Positions 1-11,827 of a DNA stretch of 64,000 bases are shown here, in pieces. How positions within the stretch are numbered: position 1 is the stretch's first letter; the number at the start of each line of letters is the position of its first letter. Both the position numbers and the translations under genes were made by a program. The notes under the pieces were generated by a model that was not told where the DNA came from, searched no databases, and worked only from the letters and a program-made list of their open reading frames with translations. This stretch comes from Marsupella aquatica (lineage: Eukaryota; Plantae; Marchantiophyta). The DNA lies in assembly GCA_973895155.1 (NCBI GenBank), contig OZ316899.1:12465934-12529933 (forward strand), given 5' to 3'.

Positions 1-465
1 CTGTGGTTGATGTAATACCGGTTATATGTTTTGACCCATTTTGGAAGTAAAGCTTGCAGTTTTGGATCGGCTCTCTTGTTCTTTTGTGGTCATTCGTTGA
101 TTCCAAGATTTGAGCTAGCGTCAAGCGTTGCTTATGTTCATTGTGTTCCGTGTTTAGGCGTAGACATTGAATTGTATGTTCCAACTATTGATTTCTAGGA
201 GTCCGACATTTAAGGTAGTGCACATCGCTGAAAATATTCAACATCTGCCGTGGCCTCTCTTGGTTTGAAATGCTTGAAATTGAGTTTCCTGTTCACTTCC
301 TGATTGATGTCACGTACAATCTCTATCTTTTGCCTTGGAATTCCCCCTTCCCTTCCAGCATACTAGCGCTGGGCGATGCTAATCTTTGCAAATTTTGGCA
401 ATGCCTTTGTTCTAATGGCCGTTGAGTTTCCTATTCTCTTCTCGATTGGCGGTACGTAGAATCTC

Positions 466-2787
466 TATCACGCCGTTGGCCTAGTCCTTAGGCCTATTTA
501 CGTCTAAGACAAACACTTCCCCTGTTAGTATTCGGGTCCGAGCAAGGAGGGACGTGCGGACTGTGTATAATTCTTCCAAACTAGCGCTAAGAGCGCGTAT
601 ATTTACTTACTAGCATGCTTAGGTATACTTTGTGTTCCGCCGCCGGAACGTACCTCAGTCGACACGGGTTTGACCCCGGCTTACGGACTTCTAAGCCTTT
701 GTATTAGCGCCTTTGATCCGGATCCATTAGTACAAGGGCTCAACCCGGGCTCGCAACCCCGAACCTGTAACCTGCACCCCGTGCACGGTTGGCATAACCT
801 GTTTGGCCTGACATTGATACTTGCACACGAGACTCATACATGCATTCATACATAACAGAAATCTTGATTTACATGAAGGAATTAAGGGGAAAGGATTTCA
901 TTCATATAGGATCATACACTTACGATTGGTTGACCTGACACCTCGTGAATGAACGGGTCCAAGGCTGAGGTGTATTACACTACAACGGAGCCCGGCTCCG
1001 CACTCGCCCAACGAGCTTAGTTGTATACCCTCTCCTTGGCACTTCGACACTTCACCGAGTTCAGGACTCTAGGCGCGTACCGCGAATGGCCCACTTCTAA
1101 GTCTAAAATCCCCCCTTGCCTCTACCGGGGGGCTGCTAAATACTAAGGGCTGAGGACCAACCTGGCCTTGTGCCCGAATCTACACTAACTTATATCCTCA
1201 CTAAGCTGGTTACGACTTGTCCTATTAGTCTAACCTATTCTACACAGGCTGGCTAATATGTTAGCGCCACTATCTTCTGGTCGACGCTTACAGTCCTAAC
1301 AGCCTGTTTTAGCTACTCCTAGTTCTATTCTAAGCCTAACCCTCCGCTAATACCTGGTGCGCTTGCCAGAGCCGTCCGAGTGGGAGCGGCCATCCGCTAC
1401 CTACGGAGTCTGTCATTGTCCGTCTTGAGGAGCTGGACTTGGTCTAGCAGAGATTTGTTCTCTCGCTTCGCCGTGTCCGTCTCCTCAACTGCCTCCTGGC
1501 ATGCCTCTTCCAGTTGCTGGGCGTTGCTTGTCAGCTTGTCCACCATCTGCTCTACTTCTCGGCTTTGGTTTGAAGCCACACTACTTCAGCCTGTAGGGCG
1601 GCTATCTCCGCAGCGTCATGCTGGGCCCGCTCTTTGGCCTCCTCCAGGTCTTTCTGCCAGATGATAGTTTGGTTCTTCAAACTGTCAACCTGGGTCCGGA
1701 GCCATGCAATCTCGGCCTCCTTCCCAGCTTTGGCCTATTTGGCTAGGGCGGTGCGCATTTGCTAACAACTCATCGGCGGCTGCAACCTTGGGTCATAGTT
1801 CCAGAAGCTCAGCCTCTTCCTGGGAAAATATTTTTTATAATAAAAAGGTGAGACCGCGAAAACCCCACGGCCGGGGGGAAGCAAACAGCCCCATAGATAA
1901 ATCAGAACAACTCCCTAAGGGAGGCCAGCGGCAAAAGCAAAGGCCAGAATCACAATAAAAAAAAGGGGGGACTAAACCTAGTGGCCCAAAATGTGAGTGA
2001 CCCATACATCATGTCAACTTCTAGAGCCCTAGAGCCGGTAAAGCGAGGTATCCCATTCGACCTCTTCCAATAGCTATCACTCCTAGACCAGCAACGCAGC
2101 CACAGAGGTGACTCTGCCAGTACTCCTAGCAAACCACTGTCGTCGTTCTAAAGCTATGAGATCCCTAGCCTTAGCCAGTCTGATGCGCCGCCCACCAATG
2201 GGGAGGCACCAGCCCGCAGCCCGCAAGTGAGTCTCGGTTTCCGATAGGACCAGCCAAAAATCAAATACTCGGATCACCTTTTTCTCAAAAATCTGCTCAT
2301 TTCGTCCCATCCATAGAGCCCACAACATTTGATAATGCAGGAAAAGGCAGGCAGACTGGGTGTGTGTTCTGGAATCAGTAGCAACAAGGAGTTCCAGGCT
2401 ACCCCAACCCTTGCCAAACAGTTGTCTCAAGGAGCAGAACTTCTTTCTTTAGGTACACGGACTCAACCCGGTACCGCTCTATCCTCTGAAAGGCCTCCAA
2501 CTCCTGATTGAAGTCCTGGACCACCTCCTCATGAAGATGGCAAAGACGGCGCCGGCTTGGACGACTTCTACATGTACAGGGACGGCACCCATTTTTCGCA
2601 AGGACGGCCAACTCCTTCCGCGCCGGCCCACGTGAAAAACTCATGGACGTCTTGGATGGCCTCCACGTAGGGACGTCCACCCCGTCACAACCTAACTTGA
2701 CGTCCGCGCCGGCCTGATCACACTTTTCTACTTTTCTTCGAGGGACGTCCATGGCGGCCGGCAGTAGGGTGCGAGCTTCAACCCTCT
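466..2787 (-). mobile_element. Diverged family-A-like LTR (A'), 3' part only; cut at 2787 by element A
   Basis: Reverse complement of 466-1815 aligns with LTR A at about 5380-6747 and ends CGGCGTGATA versus CGACGTGACA. Peptides QQLEEACQEAVEE..KRENKSLLDQVQLLK (1397-1579) and QRIERYRVESVYLK (2399-2752) match the LTR-A ORF. Confidence 0.85.
1819..2424 (-). mobile_element. 5'-truncated L1-like LINE 3' fragment inserted in the A' ORF (boundaries approximate)
   Basis: The A' peptide is split between ...KKEVLLLE and AELLEL... The insert encodes LWALWMGRNEQIF, the W.LW..RN..IF motif typical of plant L1 ORF2 C-termini, and ends in a short A-rich tail near 1830-1840. Confidence 0.55.
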
Positions 2788-3155
2788 TGTGATGCCGCCG
2801 GTACGGCGGGTAATGAGTAATTCAGTCTAATTGCGCTTAGCATGTGCGTTAGGGGTATCTTAGGCCGTTATTATTAGCATAACGACAATATTTAGGTAGC
2901 CATTCTAAGTAGGAAATCATTAGTCAATAAGGGGAATTCATGTTCAGGCTGGTGGCAGGTCGCCATTCGCACGCCCGGGTTGCGAGCATGTAATGGGCCC
3001 TTTTTCCCCCTCCCTTGGGTCCGTATAACAAACTCCGGGAGGCGGCCACTGACACGAGCTGACCTGGACTGGCGAAGGGGCTGGTACACTGCGAGCGTGA
3101 AAGGCTCGACCTATAAGCGACGAGGAGGCGTCGGGTGATCGACGACCTCTCAGGG

Positions 3156-3162
3156 TATAAAA
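3156..3162 (+). promoter_or_regulatory. TATA-like box upstream of the LTR-A ORF
   Basis: TATAAAA followed by a pyrimidine-rich leader and an ATG about 100 bp downstream; conserved in the 3' LTR near 21227. Confidence 0.55.
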
Positions 3163-3261
3163 GGGGGGCCGATCCTTTGTAGTGCACCAGCTCTCCAGTC
3201 CACGCGCCAGCTTCGATCCCAACTCTCTCGCTTTTCCTTAGTCACCTGCTATCTCCTCTGA

Positions 3262-5855
3262 ATGTCGCACACAATCCTTTCCAGTTCGGCCATACAATTC
3301 TGGACTCAGTTCCTGTCTATCGGAGGGCACTTGGCCGACTCATTGAAACATGCCAACCCGCGCCGATATGAGATCGAACGCGAATACGAGAGAGCCATCC
3401 GCCTAGCAGGCTGCCACCACTATCTCCTTAACTTTGAGTACCCATCCCATAGCGAGCTTTACCGACCTAAAGAGGTATCAGGGTACTTCTTCGACGGAGG
3501 CAAATACATCGGCTTCTGGGAGGCATTGCTTCGGCTTCCGGACGAGGTCTTCAATATTCCGGGCACGATCGACTTGCAATGGCACCACTTCGACCACATC
3601 CCCGCTCGGGTTTGGGCTATCATCAACGGCGAGTTCAACACTACCCGGTCGACAGGACCATCTTCACTTGCATCGGAAAACCTCCACCGACACCTGCAGA
3701 ACTTCATGGCAACTCTACCATCAACGACTAGTGCCGGCCAACCCGTGCTCGTACCCGCACCTACACCTCCTCGGCCTCAGCCAAGCTGGTCCCCGCCACC
3801 GGTTCCACCACCTCTCCGAGTACCATCCGTGGTGAATGCGGTAAATATCAGCTTCGAAGACGAGGAGGCTCACCCTCCTCTGAATCAACGGCCGCAGGGT
3901 ACGAACAACCCAACACCACTCCAGCAAGCCCAAGGGGATAACACGGTAACGCTAGCGGCCCCGACACCAATACTCACGGCAGTGGCGCTACCACCACCTG
4001 ACCGAGAGGAAGGAGAGATGTCCCCTTCTTCTAGTCACCCCGGTAATCAGTCTCGGGGTAGGAAGAGGAAGAAGCCTACAGCCGTATCCGGGTTGCCTTT
4101 GGCCACAGTTGCGGTAGCCAAGCTGACCATGCATCGCATGGGGGACAATGTTCACAAGAACATCCTCCACCCCAAGCATGCATGCTATCTAAAGACCCAG
4201 GGGTTTGAGCACCTCGCCTCTCTCCCTTGGAACGAAAGTAGGTATTACGGGCAGGATATGACGGAGTTCATTCAGAACTTCAATGAGGCCCGCCAAAAAA
4301 CTCGAGCGCATGGGAGAGTGATGTGTCTCAATGAGGCACGTCTGAAGATGATTTTTGGCTTACCCAAGGGGATAAACCGGGTAGAGCCGCGGGCTCCAAG
4401 GGGCAAGGGAGCTAAATACCAGTCATCTAGCTTTCCGGCCGAGGGAGTAGTGGACAATGGGTTCTTAATGAGGACGTGCCTCATCCCAGAGGTAGCAGAA
4501 CGCCTAGAGTTCCAGCGGTATGCCCTCCACATGATGGAACCCAGAGGAGAAATATTGGCCGCTCAGGTCATCCAGGTGGAGAACTATCGGCCCAGGAAGT
4601 GGGCGTCCTGCTTCATCAAGAAGTTCCACGAGGAGATGGAGCGGAGAAGGAAGACTTTGTACCTTGGTGGGAGGGCGTACTTCGCTAGCCACATCAAAAT
4701 CATCCTCGAGTGGTACGCTCATTTTGACCGTCAGAGCCTCCCGCGTCTCAACGAGCCCGAGCTGGCCCCGCCAAAATGGGTGTTCCCAGCCCAGGTAAGG
4801 CGACCGTAGCCCGAGGCTCAAAGTCTAGCAGCTGCAAGTCCTGCTACCATGGCCCCGCAACCCGCCGCTACCGCCCCGCCAGGCATACCCATTGACGTTA
4901 TCGCGACCTTAGACATGATCAATTGGGACAATGCCATCAAAGTCGGGCCGGATGAAGCCGTACCCGAAGCAGATGCCATGGTAGCCGGGGAGATTCCTCC
5001 ACCCCTCGCGGTTGTGCAGGAGAACCACCCACCTCCAGTGGGACCAGCTCCTTTGACCGACTTACCTCAAGGGCTGGATGTGTCCACTCCTACTCTCGCA
5101 CGGGTTGGAGTCTGCCCGTGCCCGAATCCAGAAGGACACAGTCTAGACCATCCGGAACTCTTTGCGTCGGGCACATCTCTGAACGGGTTGTTGGAAGATT
5201 TCTCGCAACAGATCTCTCGTGACACCGGGGAATACATGGCCCGGAGGGTGGCCTACTTCTTCAACCAGGAGTTGGTTGCGGCAGTAAGGGCAGGACATGC
5301 GCAGGCAGAGACCGCACAGAGAATAGAGCGATATCGGGTTGAGTCTGCCTACCTGAAGGACAAAGTGGCAACCCTAGAGGCTGAACTCCAGCAACTACGG
5401 CCTCAGATAACGGCCACGGAGGACCAGGTTGCGGAGGCTAGAGCCCAAGCAGCGTAGGAGTACAAGCCGGGCTCGGAAAGGACGTCGAGATCGCACGGCT
5501 CCGGACCAAGATTGACGGTTTGCAGGGGCAAGCCATCAGTTGGCAAAAGGATCTGGAGGAAGCTGACTCCAAGTCTCAGCGAGACACAGCCGAGATTGAC
5601 ACCCTGAAGGCAGAGGTGGCGCGGCTTCAAGGAGAAGCCACAAAACAGGCCCAGTTGGTGGACAAGCTGATGAGTGACACCCAGCAACTAGAGGAGGCAT
5701 GCCAGGAGGCCGTGGAAGAGGCAGACGTGGCAAAGCGAGAAAACAAATCTCTGCTGGACCAGGTCCAGCTACTCAAGCAGGACACCGACAGGCACAGAAG
5801 GCAACGGGATAGCCGCTCCCACTCAGGTGGCTCTGGCAAGCGTGCCAGGCATTAG
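3262..5855 (+). pseudogene. LTR-A-encoded accessory protein (PMD/plant-transposon-protein-like domain plus coiled coil), about 860 codons, disrupted
   Basis: ORFs 3262-4809 and 4849-5457 share a frame; the TAG at 4807 is CAG in the 3' LTR. A frameshift near 5460-5475 leads into 5520-5855. Motif GFEHLASLPW..MTEFIQNF..IFGLP..DNGFLMRTC. Confidence 0.85.
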
Positions 5856-6760
5856 CGGCGGAGTAGGATTAGAGTAGAGTTAGGAATAGCTAAATTAGGC
5901 TATAGGGACAAGCACCTGCCCTAGTTAAAGCAGCACTGCCATGCTGTACAACCTGCGTAGATTAGGATCTTCTAATAAGATAAGCCGTTTTCCGGCCTGA
6001 CAGCCAGCTTAGTTAGGACCTTAGTTAGCGAATCTTTGGGCGCGAGGGCACTCCGTTCCTCAGCCCTTAGTATTTAGTGCACCCCTCGGTAGAGGCAGGG
6101 GGGTTTTTAGTCTCAGTGTTGGACATCCACGATATGTGCGGGGAGTCCCGACCTCTGGGAGTGAAAGTGTACCAAGGGGAGGGTGTAGGACTAAGCTTGC
6201 TGGGCGAGTGCGGAGCTAGGCTCCGTTGTAGTGTACACCATCAGCCTTGGACCTGTTCATTCCAGAGATTTTGGGTCAACTAAGTGTACGCATATGTCTC
6301 CTATGTAGTAAAATCCTTTCCCATTATTTCCTTCGTGTAAATCGAGATTGTATGCTTGTGCGTCTGTATATGTGTGAATCTCGTGTATAGGTGCCAACAT
6401 TTGGCCGAACGCACTACCCGAGTCGTGCACGGGGTGCAGCTTGCGGGTAAGTGGTTGCGAGCCCGGGTTGAGTACCCATACCATCGAATCCGGATCAAAG
6501 GCAGACAACATGAAGGCTTAGAAGCCCATAAGCCGGGGTCGGTCCTGCTATCGACTGAGATACGTTCCGGCGACGGAACACAAACCATACCTAAGAAGTG
6601 TCCGTATATGACAATAGGCGCACTTAGCGCTAGTTTATGTGATTTAGGTGCATTCCGTGCCTCCCTCCTTGCCCGAACCCTCATATTGACAAAAGATGTG
6701 CCTGTCTGAGCCAAAGCCCGGTTAAAGCCTAGGCTGACGACGTGACATAGCCTTTGTTTT

Positions 6761-6778
6761 TGGTGCTAGATGGAGGGG
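6761..6778 (+). promoter_or_regulatory. Primer-binding site, tRNA-Asn type
   Basis: TGGTGCTAGATGGAGGGG versus the recalled complement of the plant tRNA-Asn 3' end, TGGCGCTAGAAGGAGGGG (2 mismatches); lies 13 nt after the LTR. Confidence 0.75.
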
Positions 6779-7245
6779 GCACTCTACGTGTAGTAGAGGG
6801 GAGACATGTGCGGGTGCACTTAGGCAGAATACACCAGGCCCTTGTGAGTTACTAACCATTGCATTTATATGAGTAAATGCCCGTCACTCGTTCTCAAGCA
6901 GCTTACTTGAGGAGATTGACCATCGAACGAGAGAGTGCAACCCCCACAAGCTCTGACTCTTCAGGTTTGGAGGATTCGCAATCGCCTCGACAAATGAACA
7001 TACCACCGGGACCTTTGGGGTCCGGTCCAGCCGGTCCTGCTCTGGTCCCTGCTGCACCACCACCGCCACCAGTACCTATGGCGGCCACCCCACCGATGGC
7101 CCGCGCTGCCCAAGCTCCCCCACAAATATCACAACGGTCGCGGTTCAATTATCGACCTTTCAAAGGGCGTCATGAGGATGATCCAGATGAATGGTTGGAT
7201 GAGTTTGAAGCCACTGCTAAGGCCAACGGGGAAGACGCCATTAAG

Positions 7246-10200
7246 TGTGATGCCTAGCCAGGAATCACTAGGACGGTTTACATGGTAAAAGTAGGAGTGT
7301 ACCCTAAAAATACCTTAGTATAGTTACAAGAATGAGGAAAATATAAACAATTAAGGGTGACTATGGAACCCGGGCCGAGGCCGGAAGTAAGGATGCCGGG
7401 GGAGAGAACACGATTAGGGTTAGGGCGCGATAAGCGTCGGCGGCTAGGGGTGACCAACGGGAGGGAAGACCAGAGGCGGAGTGGGGTAAGGACCGCTCGC
7501 AAGGAATAGTGGCTCATTTGCAAGCACGAACTGGGCAGACGACTATGGGAGGCCAAATACTGTCAGCTGCTTAGGCAAGCACTCTGGGTGGGAACAGATA
7601 CCAATGATCGAGTCAAGGAGGGTATTAGCAACGTCAATCAAGCGACATATTTTTGGGGATGCCTATTCAAACGGGCAACTGAGTACATTGGGACTTACAA
7701 GGACGAAGAATTGGAGAGAGCAGCTCGAGAATGGCAGGAGCTCGCTCGACTGTGGGAGCTGCAGAAGTTTGCCTTCTTAGGAGGAGAACTCATCAAGGCC
7801 GAGTTCTTGTGGACTCCTACTGCCAATCAGCTTGATGACCTTCTATTTTGCGAAGACAAAATCGTCGGCATTCGGGAAGCCATCAACCGCTGCAACAACG
7901 CGCACTGGGAGTTGAAGGGTAGCACGGAAGGGTGGACCAAGGCAACTATGCTAGGAGAAACATCCACGGCAGCCGAGATGAAGAGGAAAGGAAACAACAA
8001 CGAAGAGGCCACCCCGGCAAAAAGAACGAGGTCGGCGACACCAAGGAAACCAGCAGAGCAGCAAAACCGGAGACAGGGAGAAGCCGAAGAGGAGGAGGTC
8101 GATCCCATCAATGCCATTCCAACAAATGATGACACCTGGAAAGGCTGGGCGGCGACCCTACCAGAGGAAGTGCAATTACATTTTGCACGGGAGGAGGATG
8201 CATGCTTTATGGCCATGCAGACCAAGAAGTACTAGGGCTTCATGGTCGGATCCGGCTTGGAAGCCTTCGTAAGATTACCATGGCTGAAGCCGGAGGTGCC
8301 AGACTCAGACTTATTAGAATTCATGGGATCATGGGAACCCGAGACCAATTCCACGAGGGTGTATTGGAAGGATTTCTATCTCACTCCCCGGGTGATTGAC
8401 TAGGCGTTTGGCTTGCCAATGGGCAATAAGACCAAAGTAGATACCGGGAAGACCTTGCCAGACAAGGAGTTTTGGTCGTTTCCAGGGCCATCAACAAAGA
8501 ATGGCTTCTTCCAAAACAGCTGCACCAACCCGCATATCGGAGAATGATTGATTTCTTGCGGGTAACCATGCACTGCAACTTGCCAAGGGCAGAGATTGGC
8601 AAGGCACACGTCTACCTGGCGGAGAGGCCAGACCCAAGCCGGGACTATAACGGGTACCTCCTCACCCAAATGAAGAAGTTCTTGAAGGAGGAACAGCAGG
8701 TGATCGGCGTGGGAAGCATGTCCCAGCTTGGCTATCACATGCCGTTGTTGTGCCGGTATGCCCGAAGTCAGATCTTTGCCCCGGTACTTCCCCTGTAGGC
8801 AAGGGCACTAGAGGAGGTTCCAGAACAGAGGCCGGCAGCAGAGAAGCAGACTTGCCGATATAGCAATCAGACATGCAGAATCTGCTGAAAATGCTGGAGA
8901 AGGAGAGAACGGCACCAGCAATGGCAACGGCACCGGTACAGGACACTGCCCTAGAGGCCAGCCTAAGCCGACTCAGGAGGGAAAACCCCTTTACTAGAGC
9001 CAAGGAGAGAAGGAGGCCGGAACACAAGCCGGGAGTGCGAATGTATGTGGGAGCCTCAAGCCCCCAATCGGAGACAGCAGCCTAAGGCTCCTTCCCGCGG
9101 AGAACAGAGGGAGAGGACAGCATGGAACCCAGAGGAGGAACAAGGGCCCGTGATCTGTGGGGCCGTTTTCACGGCAGGACCAGGGGAACAGAGGGGGAAG
9201 CAGGGAGTCCAAGCAGTGGAGGAGGCGGTGAAGGACTACAGCAATGATAACTCCGGCTATGGGTCGGATCATCATGTTCCAGGAGTAAGGACCTGTGGCC
9301 GATTTATCCCCACGCTTCCAAGAGTAGTTCGAGGGGACCCCACCCAGCAGAGTAGCCCCAAGTCTCCCCCACCAGAGGTTGCTCCCCCGAGCTTTGACGG
9401 CATAAAGCAGACGGCACAAGAGTTTCAGGAGCGACTTAGGGAGGAAGAGAAAGCAGCCCTGGCTAGGGAGAAAGATTTACCAGGAGGAGATTGGCCGGAG
9501 GACATCAGGCGGCTTGCCGAAAAAAGAAGCAACCCTCTTGCCACCGTAGAAGAAATCCGCAAGGCAGCGTGGGAACAGGGGCCAAGGTGGTTGATGCCGA
9601 TGACTTCTACTTACTCCACCTATGCCAAAGATAGAGCCATGGAGTATGGGGAGATGTGTGGGGACCTAGCGGTCAGCATCTTTGGGGAGGAGTTGGAGCA
9701 GGGACCTTTCTTCCAGAGGGAGAGGTTGGAGAAGCACAGATTAGAAGAAGCGGTGGCTTTGGAGAGAACCAAGAAGGACGAGGTCATCCGGCGGCTTAGG
9801 GAGAAGAAAGCCGAGGTGGAAGTCCTGCAGGCGGCCAAGAAAGCCCAAGATGAGCTGCGGATTAAGCGGCATGAGCTAAACATCATGCAGGGCCAGTTGG
9901 ATATCGCTCAGTCTGACAATCAGATTATCAAAGATAAACTGACTTGGACCCAAGGAGAGTTGGCCGGCGCAGTCAAAGAAAGAGAGAAATGGAAGCGGGA
10001 GCTAAGGGACGCAGAGGAGGCCCACTTAACCGCCAACAACCAGGCCATGGCGGAGACTCAGAGAAGGGAGAGGGTATTGAAAGGAGAGCTCAAAGATATC
10101 CGCGGAGCCCTTGAGCAGAAGGAAGCAGAGTTAGGGAAATCCTATCAAGGGATTATTGCGCTGCAATAGGAGCTTGCGTCCCTGACGGCCAGCTTCAAGG

Positions 10201-11827
10201 CCGACCTGCGTGAAGGACGACCAGCTCGATCAGACTTATGCCAAGATGAATAAGATGGAGTCTGAGGTCGTAGCAAAGCTCGACAAGGAGCTAAGAGCAA
10301 CCCAGGAGGAGACGGCTACCTTAAAAATGGAATTGGAAGAAGCCAGAAAGGAACTGGAGGAGGCGTGCAAAGACCTGGACGAGACCTAGGAGGAGTTGGA
10401 GGAAATCACGAGGAAGATGGAGAACCTACAGCGGAGGGCCGACAACCAAACGGAGCGGCTGAAGAAACAAGCCGCAGTATTTAAATGCTTGGCTTCATCA
10501 GGTCCAACTCCAATTGGGGCAACCTAGCTACCAGGGGTAGTATTGGCCGAAGGACAAGCCGAGACACTCACCCCGGTGTCGGAGGTAAGTGGCAAGGGGA
10601 AGGAACCGGTTGTCGAAATAGGGAAGAAGAAGAAGCGGAAACCTTCTAGGTTGGGAGTTATACGGCTTCTCAAGCCGTTGTGACCGAGAAGATAAACCCG
10701 GCACCAACCTCCGGCATCGGCACGGCGGTGGATCCACCAGTCCTAGGAAGTGGGGATGGCAAGGCCGAGGCCGGGACAACAATAATGAAGCCGAGGTACC
10801 AGATCCTCCACTAGAACATGCCGGGGAGGCCGTGGCCGATGCTGAGGCCGAAGCCGAGGGTGGACCCAGTCAGGCCGATGAAGAGTTGACTCGGTCCGGG
10901 GCAGGTAATATGTCAGAGGACGTACCGACGGCAGTGGCTGCGGGGGAAGCGTTGGGGGCGTCCATTGAGGATCCGCCACCGGTTTCATGACGGTGCAAAG
11001 GCGCTGTTCCTTTTAGGAAGGACGGACGTGGAGGTAGGAGGCGTGAGTGGGCAGGGCAGGCGCTAATCTCCAAGTTTAGACTAAGGATCAGGACCAGGCG
11101 ACGGCCCTGACACTTAGATTAGTGGGATTGCAGATCCACGAGTGAGGGCAACACTTGTGCTCCTGCCTCGCTGTACATAGGTAGATTACAGTTAGGTAGA
11201 TTACAGTAAGTAGATTAGGCTTACGCTGCAAGGAATCAGGCGGATCCGCAACCAGGATAAGTACCTGGGCTGCGGGGAGTTCAGGGCCTCTTCTTTAGCA
11301 AGTTTTTAGTTGCACCAGTAGGGCTGGGATCAAGTAGTAAGAGAACCTCTCGGTTAGTTATACAGAAAGGTATGAGATGTACTGTTTGTATGGCAAGTGC
11401 ATGGTATAACTCAGTCAGAAGGAGTCATTTTGCTATTTGTGTGTCGCATTAACTTGTGTGAAGAGTGCCCACATCAATGAAGGGAAGTAGCAAGGGAGTG
11501 AGAGATGGATGTGTCGAGCTGAGAGAGGTCTTAGCGGCTTAACCAAGCCAATTGGGGATCATTCCGGCGGCGGAATCCAAACATACCTAATGGAAGACCA
11601 GGAGAGGAATACAAGGGAGGGCCTAGAATAGGCCGGCTAAGTATCTCATGACCCGATGAAGGATCTGTCTAGTATATGTGTGTAAAATGTTAATCGTAGT
11701 AGTAGAGGAGATTAGCAGCGTCCCATGCTGCTAAGCCGCGGAAATGGCCTCATCGAGGACGAAACCTGCGGGAATCAGCTTGTGCGGGGGGGTTTCTTGG
11801 GTTTTGGGCCCCATGGGACGCACCGCA
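7246..11827 (+). mobile_element. Family-C solo LTR (4582 bp) inside gag of A
   Basis: Termini TGTGATGC...GCACCGCA (GCACCACA in the 63073 copy). The same 5' end occurs at 49355 and the same 3' end at 63073 with different flanks. No gag/pol inside. No C copy with a PBS or PPT is visible, so LTR status rests on termini and shared LTR motifs. Confidence 0.8.
7363..10990 (+). pseudogene. LTR-C-encoded accessory protein, disrupted (end approximate)
   Basis: ATG at 7363 (MEPGPRPEV, as in the 49240 copy) follows TATAAA at about 7342. GLEAFVRLPW..LLEFMGSWEPET..AFGLP..KNGFFQNSCTNP, then a long coiled coil (9045-10500). Stops at about 7508 and 8233 are sense codons in the other copy. Confidence 0.8.

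Larger units (their letters stand above)
2788..6747 (+). repeat. 5' LTR of element A (3960 bp)
   Basis: Starts TGTGA, ends GTGACA, is followed by the PBS, and its first 2.3 kb is repeated at 20859-23134. Confidence 0.93.

Noticed and set aside
1-465. Unassigned flank
   Set aside because: No ORF, repeat or motif that I can support.
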